From Candidatus Aenigmatarchaeota archaeon (lineage in GTDB: Archaea; Aenigmatarchaeota; Aenigmatarchaeia; GW2011-AR5), in NCBI GenBank assembly GCA_016184005.1, contig JACPDL010000003.1, forward strand, positions 171,632 through 235,631: a stretch of 64,000 nucleotides of DNA, read 5' to 3'. The notes beneath the pieces were generated by a model. That model was given only the letters and a program-made list of their open reading frames with translations, had not been told where the DNA came from and did no database searches. The first letter of the stretch is position 1; each line of letters begins with the position of its first letter. Both the position numbers and the translations under genes were made by a program. Of the stretch, positions 1 to 9,083 are shown piece after piece.

Positions 1-1
1 A

Positions 2-589
2 TTGCTTAGGAAAGAAGACGCAAAGAAATCAAAAGAATCCTACAGGGCAATAATATTCCAGTCGGCTCTTATTCTTGCCTGCGTAGGCCTCATTGAAGGC
101 GTTGTAGGAACGTTACTTGAATCAAAGATTGATGTTCTCACTACACTGCCCATACTGCTTGTTCTCTTTCCTGTATTCCTCGAGGAAGGCGGAAACATAG
201 GCAACACACTGGCTTCAAGGATATCGACAAAGCTTCATCTCGGTACTCTGGATACAGACCTGCGCATCGGAGGCGAGATAAAGAAGGAGTTCTTCATTTC
301 CTACTTCCTTTCCCTCGTTGTCTTTCCGCTTACAGGACTGCTTGTCTATGTCTTCAGCTTCGCTTTTGGTATACAGCTGATACCGATAGGCGAGCTGGTA
401 GTCATAACATCGATGGCAGGACTGGTGCTCACGACTGTAATAATAATAGCAACATTCCTGATAGCGCTGCTCTCTTACAAATTCGGCTTCGACCCCGATA
501 ACACAACCATACCTGTTGTAACGGCTGTCGCGGACATACTCGGCGTGCTGTCCCTGCTGGTTGTACTGGGAGCATTCCATATACTGTAG
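2..589 (+). CDS. MgtE-family divalent cation transporter, membrane domain (5' truncated by window edge)
   Basis: GGNIG and DPDN...P..T..AD motifs of the MgtE membrane domain; several TM helices. Confidence 0.8.
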   Translation: MLRKEDAKKSKESYRAIIFQSALILACVGLIEGVVGTLLESKIDVLTTLPILLVLFPVFLEEGGNIGNTLASRISTKLHLGTLDTDLRIGGEIKKEFFISYFLSLVVFPLTGLLVYVFSFAFGIQLIPIGELVVITSMAGLVLTTVIIIATFLIALLSYKFGFDPDNTTIPVVTAVADILGVLSLLVVLGAFHIL

Positions 590-826
590 TCAGAAATTCT
601 TGCTGATACATGACATAGCTCTTATTACGTCCTTATCTAATGGGCTTTTCATGTGATAAACTAAGAAGTCACCTGTGATTCTAGTATCAGTGAATATTCC
701 GTCATAGCTCCTAGCTAATTTAACAAATGGAACATTCCAACCTTCAAAGACTAGAACGCCATTAACATATACTTGCCTAGGAATATCTAAATCTATCTGA
801 TACATCTCGGCTTTTCCTGGAGACAT
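590..826 (-). CDS. Hypothetical protein (start 826 or 805; the longer ORF call overlaps tRNA-Gly)
   Basis: AT-rich ORF directly downstream of tRNA-Gly; no recognisable motif. Confidence 0.4.
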   Translation of the reverse strand: MSPGKAEMYQIDLDIPRQVYVNGVLVFEGWNVPFVKLARSYDGIFTDTRITGDFLVYHMKSPLDKDVIRAMSCISKNF

Positions 827-862
827 CCAAATATTGACAAACCAAAACCTTAAAAAAGTAAA

Positions 863-1029
863 TGCGCCCGTCGGGAATTTCGTAGCCTTTGCTTGCTTTT
901 TCCGCAAGCGCTTTTGCGTGAGCAAAAGGGCTTTTCGAACCCGAATCATTAGCTGCCTTCATTTTCCGCCGGCGCTTTTCTGAAAAGGGCCGTTGGAAGG
1001 CTAAGGTCCTACCGTTAGACTACAGGCGC
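863..1029 (-). tRNA. tRNA-Gly(TCC) with two introns: 37/38 (955-993) and 59/60 in the T-loop (877-933)
   Basis: Acceptor GCGCCTG/CGGGCGC-A; anticodon arm TTAGC-CT TCC AA-GCTAA; BHB central helices CTTC/GAAG and TTCG/CGAA. Confidence 0.92.
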
Positions 1030-1085
1030 GATTTGTATAATCTGATCTGGACGGTTTTAAATCCCTGTTTTTGTCTATCTATATA

Positions 1086-1571
1086 ATGACAACGCCTTTA
1101 CAGAGAAGCCAGCAGATAATGAGAGAAAATCTTTACATGGTCATAGCTACCGCAAGCAAGACCGGAATGCCTTGGATTTCACCTGTATATTTTGCATCCG
1201 ACACGAAACTCGATTTCTATTGGTCCTCGTCAAATGATTCGCTGCATTCAAGGCTGATAAAGAAAAACAATAATGTGGCTGTCGTCATCTTCAATTCAGC
1301 AGCAGCTGAAGGAACGGGCAACGCTGTTTACATGACAGGAAAAGCTTCAGAGGTCCGAGGTAAAGAAATTGAACATAGTCTGAATCTTTTGTACGAGAGA
1401 ACAGGCAAAACTAGTAAATACTTCAAGAACATGAAACCTTCTGATTATACAGGAAGCTCACCTGTGCGCATTTACAAATTTGTCCCGTGCAAATTCTGGA
1501 TGCTTGGAGAAACTGTAAGGATAAAAGGAAAGCTGGTGGACAGGAAAAAAGAAATATTGTTTAAGAAATAA
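1086..1571 (+). CDS. Pyridoxamine 5'-phosphate oxidase-like FMN-binding protein
   Basis: MVIATASKTGMPWISPVYF and SLHSRLIKKNNNVAVVIF split-barrel signature. Confidence 0.8.
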   Translation: MTTPLQRSQQIMRENLYMVIATASKTGMPWISPVYFASDTKLDFYWSSSNDSLHSRLIKKNNNVAVVIFNSAAAEGTGNAVYMTGKASEVRGKEIEHSLNLLYERTGKTSKYFKNMKPSDYTGSSPVRIYKFVPCKFWMLGETVRIKGKLVDRKKEILFKK

Positions 1572-1605
1572 TTATTTCTTATGCTAGTGTTATTTTGTTT
1601 GATCG

Positions 1606-1701
1606 TTAAGCTTTTTCTGAAGCGTTTACTATGTTCTTTGCAGCAAGAATAACAGCGACAACTATCAGTATTTTAACTGCTAGCTTGTATTTGGACTTCA
1701 T
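1606..1701 (-). CDS. Putative small membrane peptide (31 aa, MKSKYKLAVKILIVVAVILAAK...)
   Basis: Manual translation downstream of secY; basic N-terminus plus one hydrophobic helix. Confidence 0.3.
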   Translation of the reverse strand: MKSKYKLAVKILIVVAVILAAKNIVNASEKA

Positions 1702-1719
1702 TTCATATTTCCGATTCTT

Positions 1720-1776
1720 TTTTCCTTATAGGAAAGAGGGTTAGAAGGGAGAAAAACCTAGGTTTTCTCCCTCTTA
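1720..1776. repeat. Dispersed palindromic element, family B; abuts the secY stop codon
   Basis: gagggttagaagggagaaaaacctaggttttctccctctta; resembles 29199-29239, 33001-33040, 61333-61375, 62113-62157. Confidence 0.75.
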
Positions 1777-3288
1777 CTTGAAGAACTTTCTGAGTGCGGG
1801 ATGCATGTCTTCTGCGTAGCGCATCGCGATCTGTTCGTACATGTTGTGGATGATCGATACTGTCAGCAGGATGCCTGTTCCGGTGCCTACGGCGCTCGTG
1901 AAATCAGCAATGGCTGCGATAAGGCCGATTATGAGGCCGCTGAGTACTGTAAGTATTGGTATGTATCTGTCAAGCACCTGCCCCACGATGCGCGGGTCGC
2001 GGCGGAAGCCGGGCACTGACATGCCCATGTCATTTATCTGCTCGGCAACGGCACGGGAGTCCATGCCGCTTGTTGACACCCAGAAAATCGAAAATACTAC
2101 AGAACCAACAACGAACGCAGTCAGGTAGACAAGGGCGTTAAGCGACGCTGCCGCTGTAGGCAGCCCGATGGAAAGGTTTGTTACAAGAACTGCAAGAACA
2201 AACCCCACGATAATGGAAGCAAGCAGAACCTTAAGCGCATTCTGGTATTTCAGGTAGAATGCAAGGAAGCCTGCCGCGAACACAACAGCAAGAAGTATCA
2301 TGAAGAAAATCTGCGTCTGCAGGTCACCCGGCGGGTTCAGGAACGAAATAATTCCGCTTACGGGTAAGCCGTTCGTATCTATGCAGCCCAGGAAGCCGCA
2401 ACGCAACCCGCTTTCGGTAACCCTTGAAGAGAGTGTTGCCATGAACTGGAGGTTTGCTATCAGCGCGCCGACAAGTATGACGGGTATGTTGCTTGTGTAC
2501 ATCAGGTTCAGCGGCCATCTTCTGGAATAACCCCTGACCGACGCGAACGCTATTGGTATCTCAACGCGTATTGCCTGGATATACACAACAATGAGAAACA
2601 CGATTATTGTCGCAATGATAGGCAGCAGCGCAATGAAAGCCTGGAAGACCTCGCCCAATGTCATAAATGTGAAAAACTGCAGCAACAAACCGGCAGGAAC
2701 AGTCTGGCCTTCGGGAGTAATCGGGTTGAAAATCCTGACAAATATCTGCTTTGATACGCCGGCTGCTATGAACAGCGATACGCCCGAGCCTATGCCCCAT
2801 TTCGACACTATCTCGTCCATGTAAAGTACAAGCACGCCGCCAAACGCAATCTGTGCTACTAATAAAAGGAACATATCAGGCGACGCAGGCGGCAATGCAC
2901 CAAAAGCTACGAAAGCGTAAGCTTCAAAGATCGAAAAGAATATTGCAAGGAGTTTTTGCGTTCCCTGGAATCTCTTTTTGCCCTCCTTGGATTTTGTGTC
3001 CCATGACAGGATCTTTGAACCAACCAGCAACTGCAATATTATAGACGATGTTACTATCGGGCCTATGCTGAGCGTCATCAAAGTGCCAAGCGATGCGCCC
3101 AGTATGAGCTCAAAGAACTGCAGGCGCGGCAGCGCTCCTGCTGAAAGCCCGTAAAGCGTTATCTGCCCCAGGAGAAGGAATATCAGAAGTACAAGCGCAG
3201 TCCACTTGAGGCGGGTGATGAAATTGAGATGTGTCTTAGGCTCCTCAATTCCGGGCAGGCCTGAAACAAACTTGTCGTAAAAGGACAT
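1774..3288 (-). CDS. secY: Preprotein translocase subunit SecY (Sec61 alpha)
   Basis: LSIGPIVTSSIILQLL, KWGIGSGVSLFIA, GTGTGILLTV motifs; end of spc cluster. Confidence 0.97.
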   Translation of the reverse strand: MSFYDKFVSGLPGIEEPKTHLNFITRLKWTALVLLIFLLLGQITLYGLSAGALPRLQFFELILGASLGTLMTLSIGPIVTSSIILQLLVGSKILSWDTKSKEGKKRFQGTQKLLAIFFSIFEAYAFVAFGALPPASPDMFLLLVAQIAFGGVLVLYMDEIVSKWGIGSGVSLFIAAGVSKQIFVRIFNPITPEGQTVPAGLLLQFFTFMTLGEVFQAFIALLPIIATIIVFLIVVYIQAIRVEIPIAFASVRGYSRRWPLNLMYTSNIPVILVGALIANLQFMATLSSRVTESGLRCGFLGCIDTNGLPVSGIISFLNPPGDLQTQIFFMILLAVVFAAGFLAFYLKYQNALKVLLASIIVGFVLAVLVTNLSIGLPTAAASLNALVYLTAFVVGSVVFSIFWVSTSGMDSRAVAEQINDMGMSVPGFRRDPRIVGQVLDRYIPILTVLSGLIIGLIAAIADFTSAVGTGTGILLTVSIIHNMYEQIAMRYAEDMHPALRKFFK

Positions 3289-3301
3289 TTTGTACCCTCA
3301 T

Positions 3302-3562
3302 CTAACATTTAGGAATAAGAGGTATAACGTAATCAATATCTCTTGTTTGTATTGGTACCACATCTCGCGGTTTTTGATTTTCATCTAAACAATGATAAAA
3401 CTCGACAAATGCTGGAGCCACTTCTACAACTCTTCCTAAATATCCAGCTATAGTCTCAAACTTTCCCTCTTTGTTTCTATGTCTAACTTCTACTAATCCA
3501 GCCGTCTGCACTACTCTTTGAATGTCTCTAAGTCTGCTCAATTCCATATTTACACTGACCAT
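3302..3562 (-). CDS. Hypothetical protein inserted between L15 and secY
   Basis: 86 aa AT-rich ORF, co-oriented and tightly packed. Confidence 0.6.
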   Translation of the reverse strand: MVSVNMELSRLRDIQRVVQTAGLVEVRHRNKEGKFETIAGYLGRVVEVAPAFVEFYHCLDENQKPRDVVPIQTRDIDYVIPLIPKC

Positions 3563-3564
3563 TT

Positions 3565-3969
3565 CTATTCTACTATGACTCCGCCGGCCTGCTCTATCTT
3601 TTCTTTGGCCTTCTTTGAACAGCTGGGAATTCTCACTTTGACGGCAACGTTGATGGAACCTTTTGAAAGAAGTTTCTGGTAACCCATTGAAGACAGGTCA
3701 ATAACTTCCGCATGTTCCTGCACTGAAAGAATCTTTTCCACGTCACCGACATTGATTATTTTCATGGATTTCTTGTTGTGCCTTACAAAACCTTTGTATC
3801 CGTAGTGCTCCGGCTCGTAGTTTACAATATACGAATACTTGTGCTTGTGCGAGCCGCCGTAACCGCGCCCGCCCTTGCTGCCTTTTCCGCGGTGTTTCTT
3901 CTTCGAGCCCCAGCCGTGGGTATGCGTACCTCTCTGTCTTGTATCCTTTTTCCTGAAGCGTAGTGTCAT
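3565..3969 (-). CDS. rpl15: 50S ribosomal protein L15 (uL15)
   Basis: RGTHTHGWGSKKKHRGKGSKGGRG; GYQKLLSKG. Confidence 0.95.
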   Translation of the reverse strand: MTLRFRKKDTRQRGTHTHGWGSKKKHRGKGSKGGRGYGGSHKHKYSYIVNYEPEHYGYKGFVRHNKKSMKIINVGDVEKILSVQEHAEVIDLSSMGYQKLLSKGSINVAVKVRIPSCSKKAKEKIEQAGGVIVE

Positions 3970-4337
3970 TCTTTAACCCTCATCTTTGCATATCTCTTCC
4001 ATTCCATGAGCCTCAGGCCGCCGTTATATCGCTCCTCCAGCAGTCTTGCTGTCGCTTCCGGCATCTTCAGGTCCTTCCGGCCCAGGCCGCCCTTTGCGCC
4101 TTTCTTCCTTGCAAACCTGTATACCTCTCTCGGATTCAGGGCAGAAAAATGATGGGTTCTTTCATCAACAAAAGATTCAGTCGGTTTCTTCTCGTATCTC
4201 AGGACGAGTTTCTCATGACCGTTCATGTCAACAAAGACAGTCCTTTTTTCATCTGCTCGTGTTTCCGTGGTGAAATAACCGAGAAAGCCAAAATCACTGG
4301 CAGGCTTCAGGAAAACCTTGTACTCGGGCATTTTCAC
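3966..4337 (-). CDS. Hypothetical protein inserted between L30 and L15
   Basis: 123 aa ORF overlapping both neighbours by 4 nt. Confidence 0.6.
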   Translation of the reverse strand: MKMPEYKVFLKPASDFGFLGYFTTETRADEKRTVFVDMNGHEKLVLRYEKKPTESFVDERTHHFSALNPREVYRFARKKGAKGGLGRKDLKMPEATARLLEERYNGGLRLMEWKRYAKMRVKE

Positions 4338-4669
4338 AGCATCCTCTTTATGAGATCATTTATGTTGTTTCCGCGATAACCGAGATCGCCTTTTGGCCAG
4401 CGTTTCTTCAGTGTCTTGAACCCGCCCCTTGGCGGAGCAAGCCGGTACACGTTGCCTTTACCTTTTTCTTTCAGCATCTCAAGCAGATCCCCGCTTGCTT
4501 CTCCCCACGTAACGTAGTCTTCTGATTTCTTTATCATGCCCACAATTTCCGATGATTTTGGCACGAGTGCGAGCGCGTGTTTCGTATGCAGGCCAAGCAT
4601 GCGCATCGTGCGCTCTACGTCTTCCCTTACGCCAATCCTTCCACGCACGCGCAAAACAGCCAATTCCAT
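4334..4669 (-). CDS. rpl30: 50S ribosomal protein L30 (uL30)
   Basis: AVLRVRG, YVTWGE, RLAPPRGG, GDLGYRG..INDLIKRM. Confidence 0.95.
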   Translation of the reverse strand: MELAVLRVRGRIGVREDVERTMRMLGLHTKHALALVPKSSEIVGMIKKSEDYVTWGEASGDLLEMLKEKGKGNVYRLAPPRGGFKTLKKRWPKGDLGYRGNNINDLIKRML

Positions 4670-5386
4670 CTATCGCACCTCTTCATTTATTTCTTCAGGC
4701 TCTTCAGCAGCTTCAACGACACGCTTGGCTTCATTCTCGCTGTGAATCTTCATCTTGTTTATCTTCTTGAACGCATCAAAAACTGCAAGAGTATAATTCA
4801 TCCGGGTTCGCGGATCGCCGAAAGTCTTTGACCATATGTCCCTGATGCCAGCAAGACGCATTATCTTCTTGCCTTCATCATAAACTGCAAGGCCTATTCC
4901 TTTTGGCGCAGGCATCAGCGTAACCTTAACGGATCCCGACTTGCCCTGGATCTCTACAGGTATTGAATGCTTTCCGCCGCAGGAGCACTCCCATGAGCCG
5001 CAGCCGCGCTTTACTGGTATGATATTGAGCTTCGCAGCTTCGGATGCTTTCTCTGTTGCAACCCTGTGTTCCTGGGCTTCTGATTTTCCAACGCCAAAAT
5101 ATCCATCTCCGTTGCCAACCACCACCAGGGCTGAAATCTTGAACCGTCTTCCTGACCTGTGCATTCTTGCTGTTCTCCTTGTAGATGTTCTTTTTATGCC
5201 GCCGCCTTTTCCCGGTGTTCCGCCTATGAAAATTATATCGCTTTGCAGGTTTGGCAGCAGCTTGTCAACGATCTGCGGCTCTTTTATCTTCCTGCCGCTT
5301 GCAAAAACCTCGTCAAGCGTGGCTACCTTGCCATCAAGCACCAGTTTTCCAAGCTCTGTTTTGGGTTTCCAGTTTTCAGTTGACAT
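4670..5386 (-). CDS. rps5: 30S ribosomal protein S5 (uS5)
   Basis: WKPKTELG, RGCGSWEC, PAPKGIGL. Confidence 0.97.
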   Translation of the reverse strand: MSTENWKPKTELGKLVLDGKVATLDEVFASGRKIKEPQIVDKLLPNLQSDIIFIGGTPGKGGGIKRTSTRRTARMHRSGRRFKISALVVVGNGDGYFGVGKSEAQEHRVATEKASEAAKLNIIPVKRGCGSWECSCGGKHSIPVEIQGKSGSVKVTLMPAPKGIGLAVYDEGKKIMRLAGIRDIWSKTFGDPRTRMNYTLAVFDAFKKINKMKIHSENEAKRVVEAAEEPEEINEEVR

Positions 5387-5390
5387 GAAT

Positions 5391-5966
5391 TCACCTCAAG
5401 ACCTCAGATATCTTTTCTTTTGTCTGATTGAAAATGCCCGGCAGATCTTCCGGATCGCTGCCGGCCTTGATATACGCAGCAAAATGCTTTCTGAATTTGT
5501 CCTGGCTTTCTGATTTCATCTTTTTTGCATATTCGGCAATATGCATGCCTTTCGTCCTGTTGTCATCAGGAAGTATTTCTTCAGCAACATTTATGCCAAC
5601 ACCGGCGTCTTTGCAGCCTTTCACTGCGGCAAATATGCGTGAGCCTTTCACTGCCCTGTTCAATCCAATATCAACGTTACATTCCCTGACGCCAGCTTTG
5701 AGGCAGAGTTTTCCAAAGAGGAAACCAGTCAGGTAAGCTGCCGGGATGTTTCCAAGATGTCCTTTCCAGCCGTATTTCAAAAGCATCTTGGAGAAAACCT
5801 CGACGGATGTCTTGTCGCTTGAACCCATGAACTCGACTGCCTGTATTCTTACACCATTCAGAGACCTTCTGATAACTACCCTGTGCTTGCTTGATTTCAG
5901 CAGGGCTAAACGGTTCTTATAATCCGTTTTCAGTTCTCTCCTGCGTTTTAATGCTAACATAGTCAT
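5391..5966 (-). CDS. rpl18: 50S ribosomal protein L18 (uL18)
   Basis: RRRELKTDYKNRLALLKS; NIPAAYLTG. Confidence 0.95.
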   Translation of the reverse strand: MTMLALKRRRELKTDYKNRLALLKSSKHRVVIRRSLNGVRIQAVEFMGSSDKTSVEVFSKMLLKYGWKGHLGNIPAAYLTGFLFGKLCLKAGVRECNVDIGLNRAVKGSRIFAAVKGCKDAGVGINVAEEILPDDNRTKGMHIAEYAKKMKSESQDKFRKHFAAYIKAGSDPEDLPGIFNQTKEKISEVLR

Positions 5967-6007
5967 CGTCCCGACTTTTTCTGCAAATCTTTCATCATCA
6001 TTCTATC

Positions 6008-6127
6008 ACAGTTCTTTTTTCTTTTGGGGTTTATCTGCAAAAGCCTGAAAGGCTTTTGAGACACCAGAGAAGCTTTGCTTCTCTGAGTGCAAAGACCTTT
6101 TCTTTCCTAAAGAAAAGGTCTTTGTCA
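6008..6127. repeat. Family A palindromic element carrying a nested two-hairpin module
   Basis: Reverse complement closely matches the tRNA-Ala(GGC) D-loop intron (about 28995-29092); abuts the TGA of 6125..6433. Confidence 0.85.
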
Positions 6128-6433
6128 CGCAATCTTGCCGTGCTTGTAAGGCCTCGTCTTGTTGTACTCCATCTTCTGAAGCACTTCCTTTTCAATGTCA
6201 ATCCCGAAGCCTTCTGCGAGGTCTATTGTCCTGATTATGATGTCCGCCAGCTCCTCAGCCATCTTTCCTTTCTCCTGTTTCCTGTACGCTTCACAGCACT
6301 CCCCTGCCTCGCTGACTATAAGCATCAGGGCCTCGAGGAAATTCCTGTCGCCGCCCTCCCAGAAACCCTTTTCCCTTGCTGTGCTGTGAATTTCCCTTGC
6401 CATTTCCTTCATGGTTTTTGTATTGTTATTCAT
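6125..6433 (-). CDS. MazG-like nucleotide pyrophosphohydrolase, inserted between L19e and L18
   Basis: LIVSEAGE..EA, EELADIIIR, KMEYNKTRPYKHGK. Confidence 0.85.
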   Translation of the reverse strand: MNNNTKTMKEMAREIHSTAREKGFWEGGDRNFLEALMLIVSEAGECCEAYRKQEKGKMAEELADIIIRTIDLAEGFGIDIEKEVLQKMEYNKTRPYKHGKIA

Positions 6434-6436
6434 TTT

Positions 6437-6889
6437 TCACAACTCATTCTTCTTCAGCATGTTGTTTCGTTCAATATAAGTCATAAGGTGCGCACGGCTT
6501 CTGAAGAAACCGCTCTTGGATTTCATGTAAAGTTTCCTGTACGTGATTTTCTCTATCTTTTGCTCGCTGCGAAGCTGCCTAAGCTGGCTTCTTATGGCAC
6601 GTATGGTCCGCATCCAGTGCCGCTTGCTTTCCCCGGCGTGATGGCCTTTCCTTGACCCCGGGCCACGCCTTCGTCCCTTCCTTTTCTGCAGCGCTATCTT
6701 CTTCTTCCTCGCGTTGCTGAGGCCTTGTTTTGGAAGCGCTTCTATCAGGCCGTCTTTGACCAGCCTTCTTACGTCCTGGGCAGTTATTGCCTCCTCTATG
6801 TCATGTATCCTTTCTGGATCAAGCCAGACGCGGGATTTACCGCATTTCAGCAATCTTGCTGCAATAGTTTTCTGCGTTTTCAATGTCAT
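6437..6889 (-). CDS. rpl19e: 50S ribosomal protein L19e
   Basis: LKCGKSRVWLDP, RRGPGSRKG, WMRTIRAIR. Confidence 0.97.
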   Translation of the reverse strand: MTLKTQKTIAARLLKCGKSRVWLDPERIHDIEEAITAQDVRRLVKDGLIEALPKQGLSNARKKKIALQKRKGRRRGPGSRKGHHAGESKRHWMRTIRAIRSQLRQLRSEQKIEKITYRKLYMKSKSGFFRSRAHLMTYIERNNMLKKNEL

Positions 6890-6962
6890 AACAAATCCCT
6901 TTTCTTTAAGAAAGAAAAGGTCTTTGTATGTCCCAAAAGAAACTTACAAAAACCATTTCTTT
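6890..6962 (-). repeat. Family A palindromic element ending immediately before the L19e ATG
   Basis: ...acaaagaccttttctttcttaaagaaaagggatttgtt-ATG. Confidence 0.85.
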
Positions 6963-6989
6963 ACTCTTTCTTTTCAATTTCATCTCCAC

Positions 6990-7154
6990 TTAAGTCCAGA
7001 ATTTTGTCTGGGGTTCTTTCTGCCTGCCTAGTACTGACACATAATATTTGTTGAAAGCGATGTCGCACCTGTTGCAATGATATGTTTCCTTCGAGAGCTG
7101 TTTACTGGCGTCTCCGCAAAACGGACATTTCCCATCGCCAAATGCAACAAACAT
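6990..7154 (-). CDS. Small zinc-ribbon protein (54 aa) between L32e and L19e
   Basis: Manual translation MFVAFGDGKCPFCG...YHCNRCD with two CxxC pairs. Confidence 0.65.
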   Translation of the reverse strand: MFVAFGDGKCPFCGDASKQLSKETYHCNRCDIAFNKYYVSVLGRQKEPQTKFWT

Positions 7155-7156
7155 TT

Positions 7157-7558
7157 TCACACCTGTTTTTCTTCCTTCTTTGCAGATTCTGCAATCTTTT
7201 TCAATACATTCTCCCTTCTGAGCAGGCTTTTCACCCGCCTCATGTTCAGGACAGTAAAGCCCCTTTCACTGGCTGCTTTGTATATCTCAACGGCCTTCTT
7301 CGAGCCAACTGAGCCTGAAATAAATATGCCTGAATTCTCCGGAAGACTTCCCAGCTGCGAAGCGGTGCGAATGTTGAAAGCCCTGAAACCTCTGATCATG
7401 TGCATCTTTGTCTTTTCTGTTCCGTAACCGACTGAAGGCTTTTGACCGGAGCCGCCCTTGCCTAGGCGGAGTTTGCTCTGCCTGCCTCTAGGCTTTCGCC
7501 ATTTAATTCCAAGTTTTTTATAACGGAAATAATCCTGTTGCTTGAAATTCTTGCTCAT
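7157..7558 (-). CDS. rpl32e: 50S ribosomal protein L32e
   Basis: FKQQDYFRYKKLGIKWRKPRGRQSKLR; PSVGYG. Confidence 0.93.
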   Translation of the reverse strand: MSKNFKQQDYFRYKKLGIKWRKPRGRQSKLRLGKGGSGQKPSVGYGTEKTKMHMIRGFRAFNIRTASQLGSLPENSGIFISGSVGSKKAVEIYKAASERGFTVLNMRRVKSLLRRENVLKKIAESAKKEEKQV

Positions 7559-7938
7559 ACACCAGCACCCTCCAGCAACCTAATAAGTCTTTCTGATCGA
7601 CCTTCAAAATATATCTTATCAAAAAACGCATCAAATCCGGCTGGTTTCCATTTATCTTCTCGGACATAACTCTGACTCATCAGAACCATATAACGCCTTG
7701 GCAGCGATCCTTCTTTTTCAAGTCTTCTAATTTCTGAACCAATTTGCAATCCGGTTTCATCTTTGTGGTCAATGAACCGAAGGTCGCATAAGACTGCATC
7801 AGGATTATCTCTCAAATATGCTGCGATTGCTTGGTCTCTAGTGGTTGCTGTTGTTGTCTCATAGCCGGCCTTCTCCAATGGAACTGTACATCTAACTAAC
7901 CAATGGTCTTTGTCATCAGCTACTAAGACTTTTTTCAT
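7555..7938 (-). CDS. Stand-alone response-regulator receiver (CheY-like) protein, inserted between L6 and L32e
   Basis: VLVADD, PDAVLCD phosphoacceptor, GFDAFFDK. Confidence 0.85.
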   Translation of the reverse strand: MKKVLVADDKDHWLVRCTVPLEKAGYETTTATTRDQAIAAYLRDNPDAVLCDLRFIDHKDETGLQIGSEIRRLEKEGSLPRRYMVLMSQSYVREDKWKPAGFDAFFDKIYFEGRSERLIRLLEGAGV

Positions 7939-7941
7939 ACC

Positions 7942-8514
7942 TTATCCCTTTATTCTCTCGCCTGTTTCCAGATACTTGCCAGTGAGATAGACCCCATCCT
8001 GGAATATGCGCCTGTCCCGTTTCGTGATCTTGCATGCTTGCTCTATATTTGCAGCGGTCTGGCCAACATCCTCAATGCTCACGCCAACAATTTCAAGCTC
8101 ATCTTTCCCGACACTGACTTCAGCATTACCGATTATTCTTGCGGTTCGCGCGCCTTTCTCGCCTACGAAATTTCTTATCTGCACTTCCCTGTCCTTCACG
8201 CTTATTGTAATCGGGAAGTGCGTATAGAAAACCTTCATTTTATACTTGTAACCGCTTGTCGCGCCGCCGATCATGTTGCGGGCATGTGCGGCTATGGTGC
8301 CGCAAAGGCTTCTTATTTTCTTTTCATTGGAATCCGAGACTATTGATATTTCATTGCCGGATCTTTCAATGGAAATTCTTTTTGAAAATCTTGGATCATT
8401 GAAATCCTTGCTTATCTGGCCCCTTGGTCCTTTCATGATGATTCTCTTGCCGTCTATCTGGACATCCAGGTTATCAGGAACCATTATTCTCTTTTCTATT
8501 TTCTTGTTGTCCAT
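7942..8514 (-). CDS. rpl6: 50S ribosomal protein L6 (uL6)
   Basis: YTHFPI, NFVGEK, VGQTAANIEQ, DRRIFQDGVY; start adjusted to lie downstream of S8. Confidence 0.96.
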   Translation of the reverse strand: MDNKKIEKRIMVPDNLDVQIDGKRIIMKGPRGQISKDFNDPRFSKRISIERSGNEISIVSDSNEKKIRSLCGTIAAHARNMIGGATSGYKYKMKVFYTHFPITISVKDREVQIRNFVGEKGARTARIIGNAEVSVGKDELEIVGVSIEDVGQTAANIEQACKITKRDRRIFQDGVYLTGKYLETGERIKG

Positions 8515-8525
8515 GATCATCATCT

Positions 8526-8912
8526 TCAATATACGTAAGCAAGCAGCCTGCCGCCCAGGCCGGCTTTGACAGCTTCCTTCTGCGTCATTACGCCCTTCGA
8601 TGTCGATATTATCAGAAGCCCGAAGTCCTTTGCCGGAAGATATCTTGTCTCCCATTTCTCGTATTCATTCCTCTTTACAGGCAACCGCGGCTTTACAGCC
8701 CTCGACTTGTTTATTTTGCCAACCAGCTGTATCTCGAGTCTTCCTGATTTTCCGTCATCTATGAACTCGAATTTGCCTATGTAAAGCTCTTTCTGAAGGA
8801 CCTTGAGGACGTCCTTGACCAGGGATGACGCAGGCACTACGCATGCCCTTTTCCCTGTCTTTTCAGCGTTAGATATCACGTGCAAAACGTCAACAAGCAA
8901 GTCATGTCTCAT
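8526..8912 (-). CDS. rps8: 30S ribosomal protein S8 (uS8)
   Basis: YIGKFEFIDDGKSG, STSKGVMT, GGRLLAYVY. Confidence 0.97.
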   Translation of the reverse strand: MRHDLLVDVLHVISNAEKTGKRACVVPASSLVKDVLKVLQKELYIGKFEFIDDGKSGRLEIQLVGKINKSRAVKPRLPVKRNEYEKWETRYLPAKDFGLLIISTSKGVMTQKEAVKAGLGGRLLAYVY

Positions 8913-8916
8913 TCTT

Positions 8917-9078
8917 TCACCCGAATTTCCTGAAGCCCAAATCCTGCGCCACTTCCCTGAAGCAGCGGCGGCAGTACATCAAGCCGTATTTTCTTATTAT
9001 TCCATCCATTGAACCGCATCTGATGCATTTCCTGGAGCCTTTGCCGAATTTCCTTTTAATAATTTTTCTGCGAACCAT
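8917..9078 (-). CDS. rps14: 30S ribosomal protein S14 (uS14, 53 aa; missing from the ORF track)
   Basis: Manual translation [12 protein letters not shown]...[22 protein letters not shown]. Confidence 0.95.
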   Translation of the reverse strand: MVRRKIIKRKFGKGSRKCIRCGSMDGIIRKYGLMYCRRCFREVAQDLGFRKFG

Positions 9079-9083
9079 AAGTA

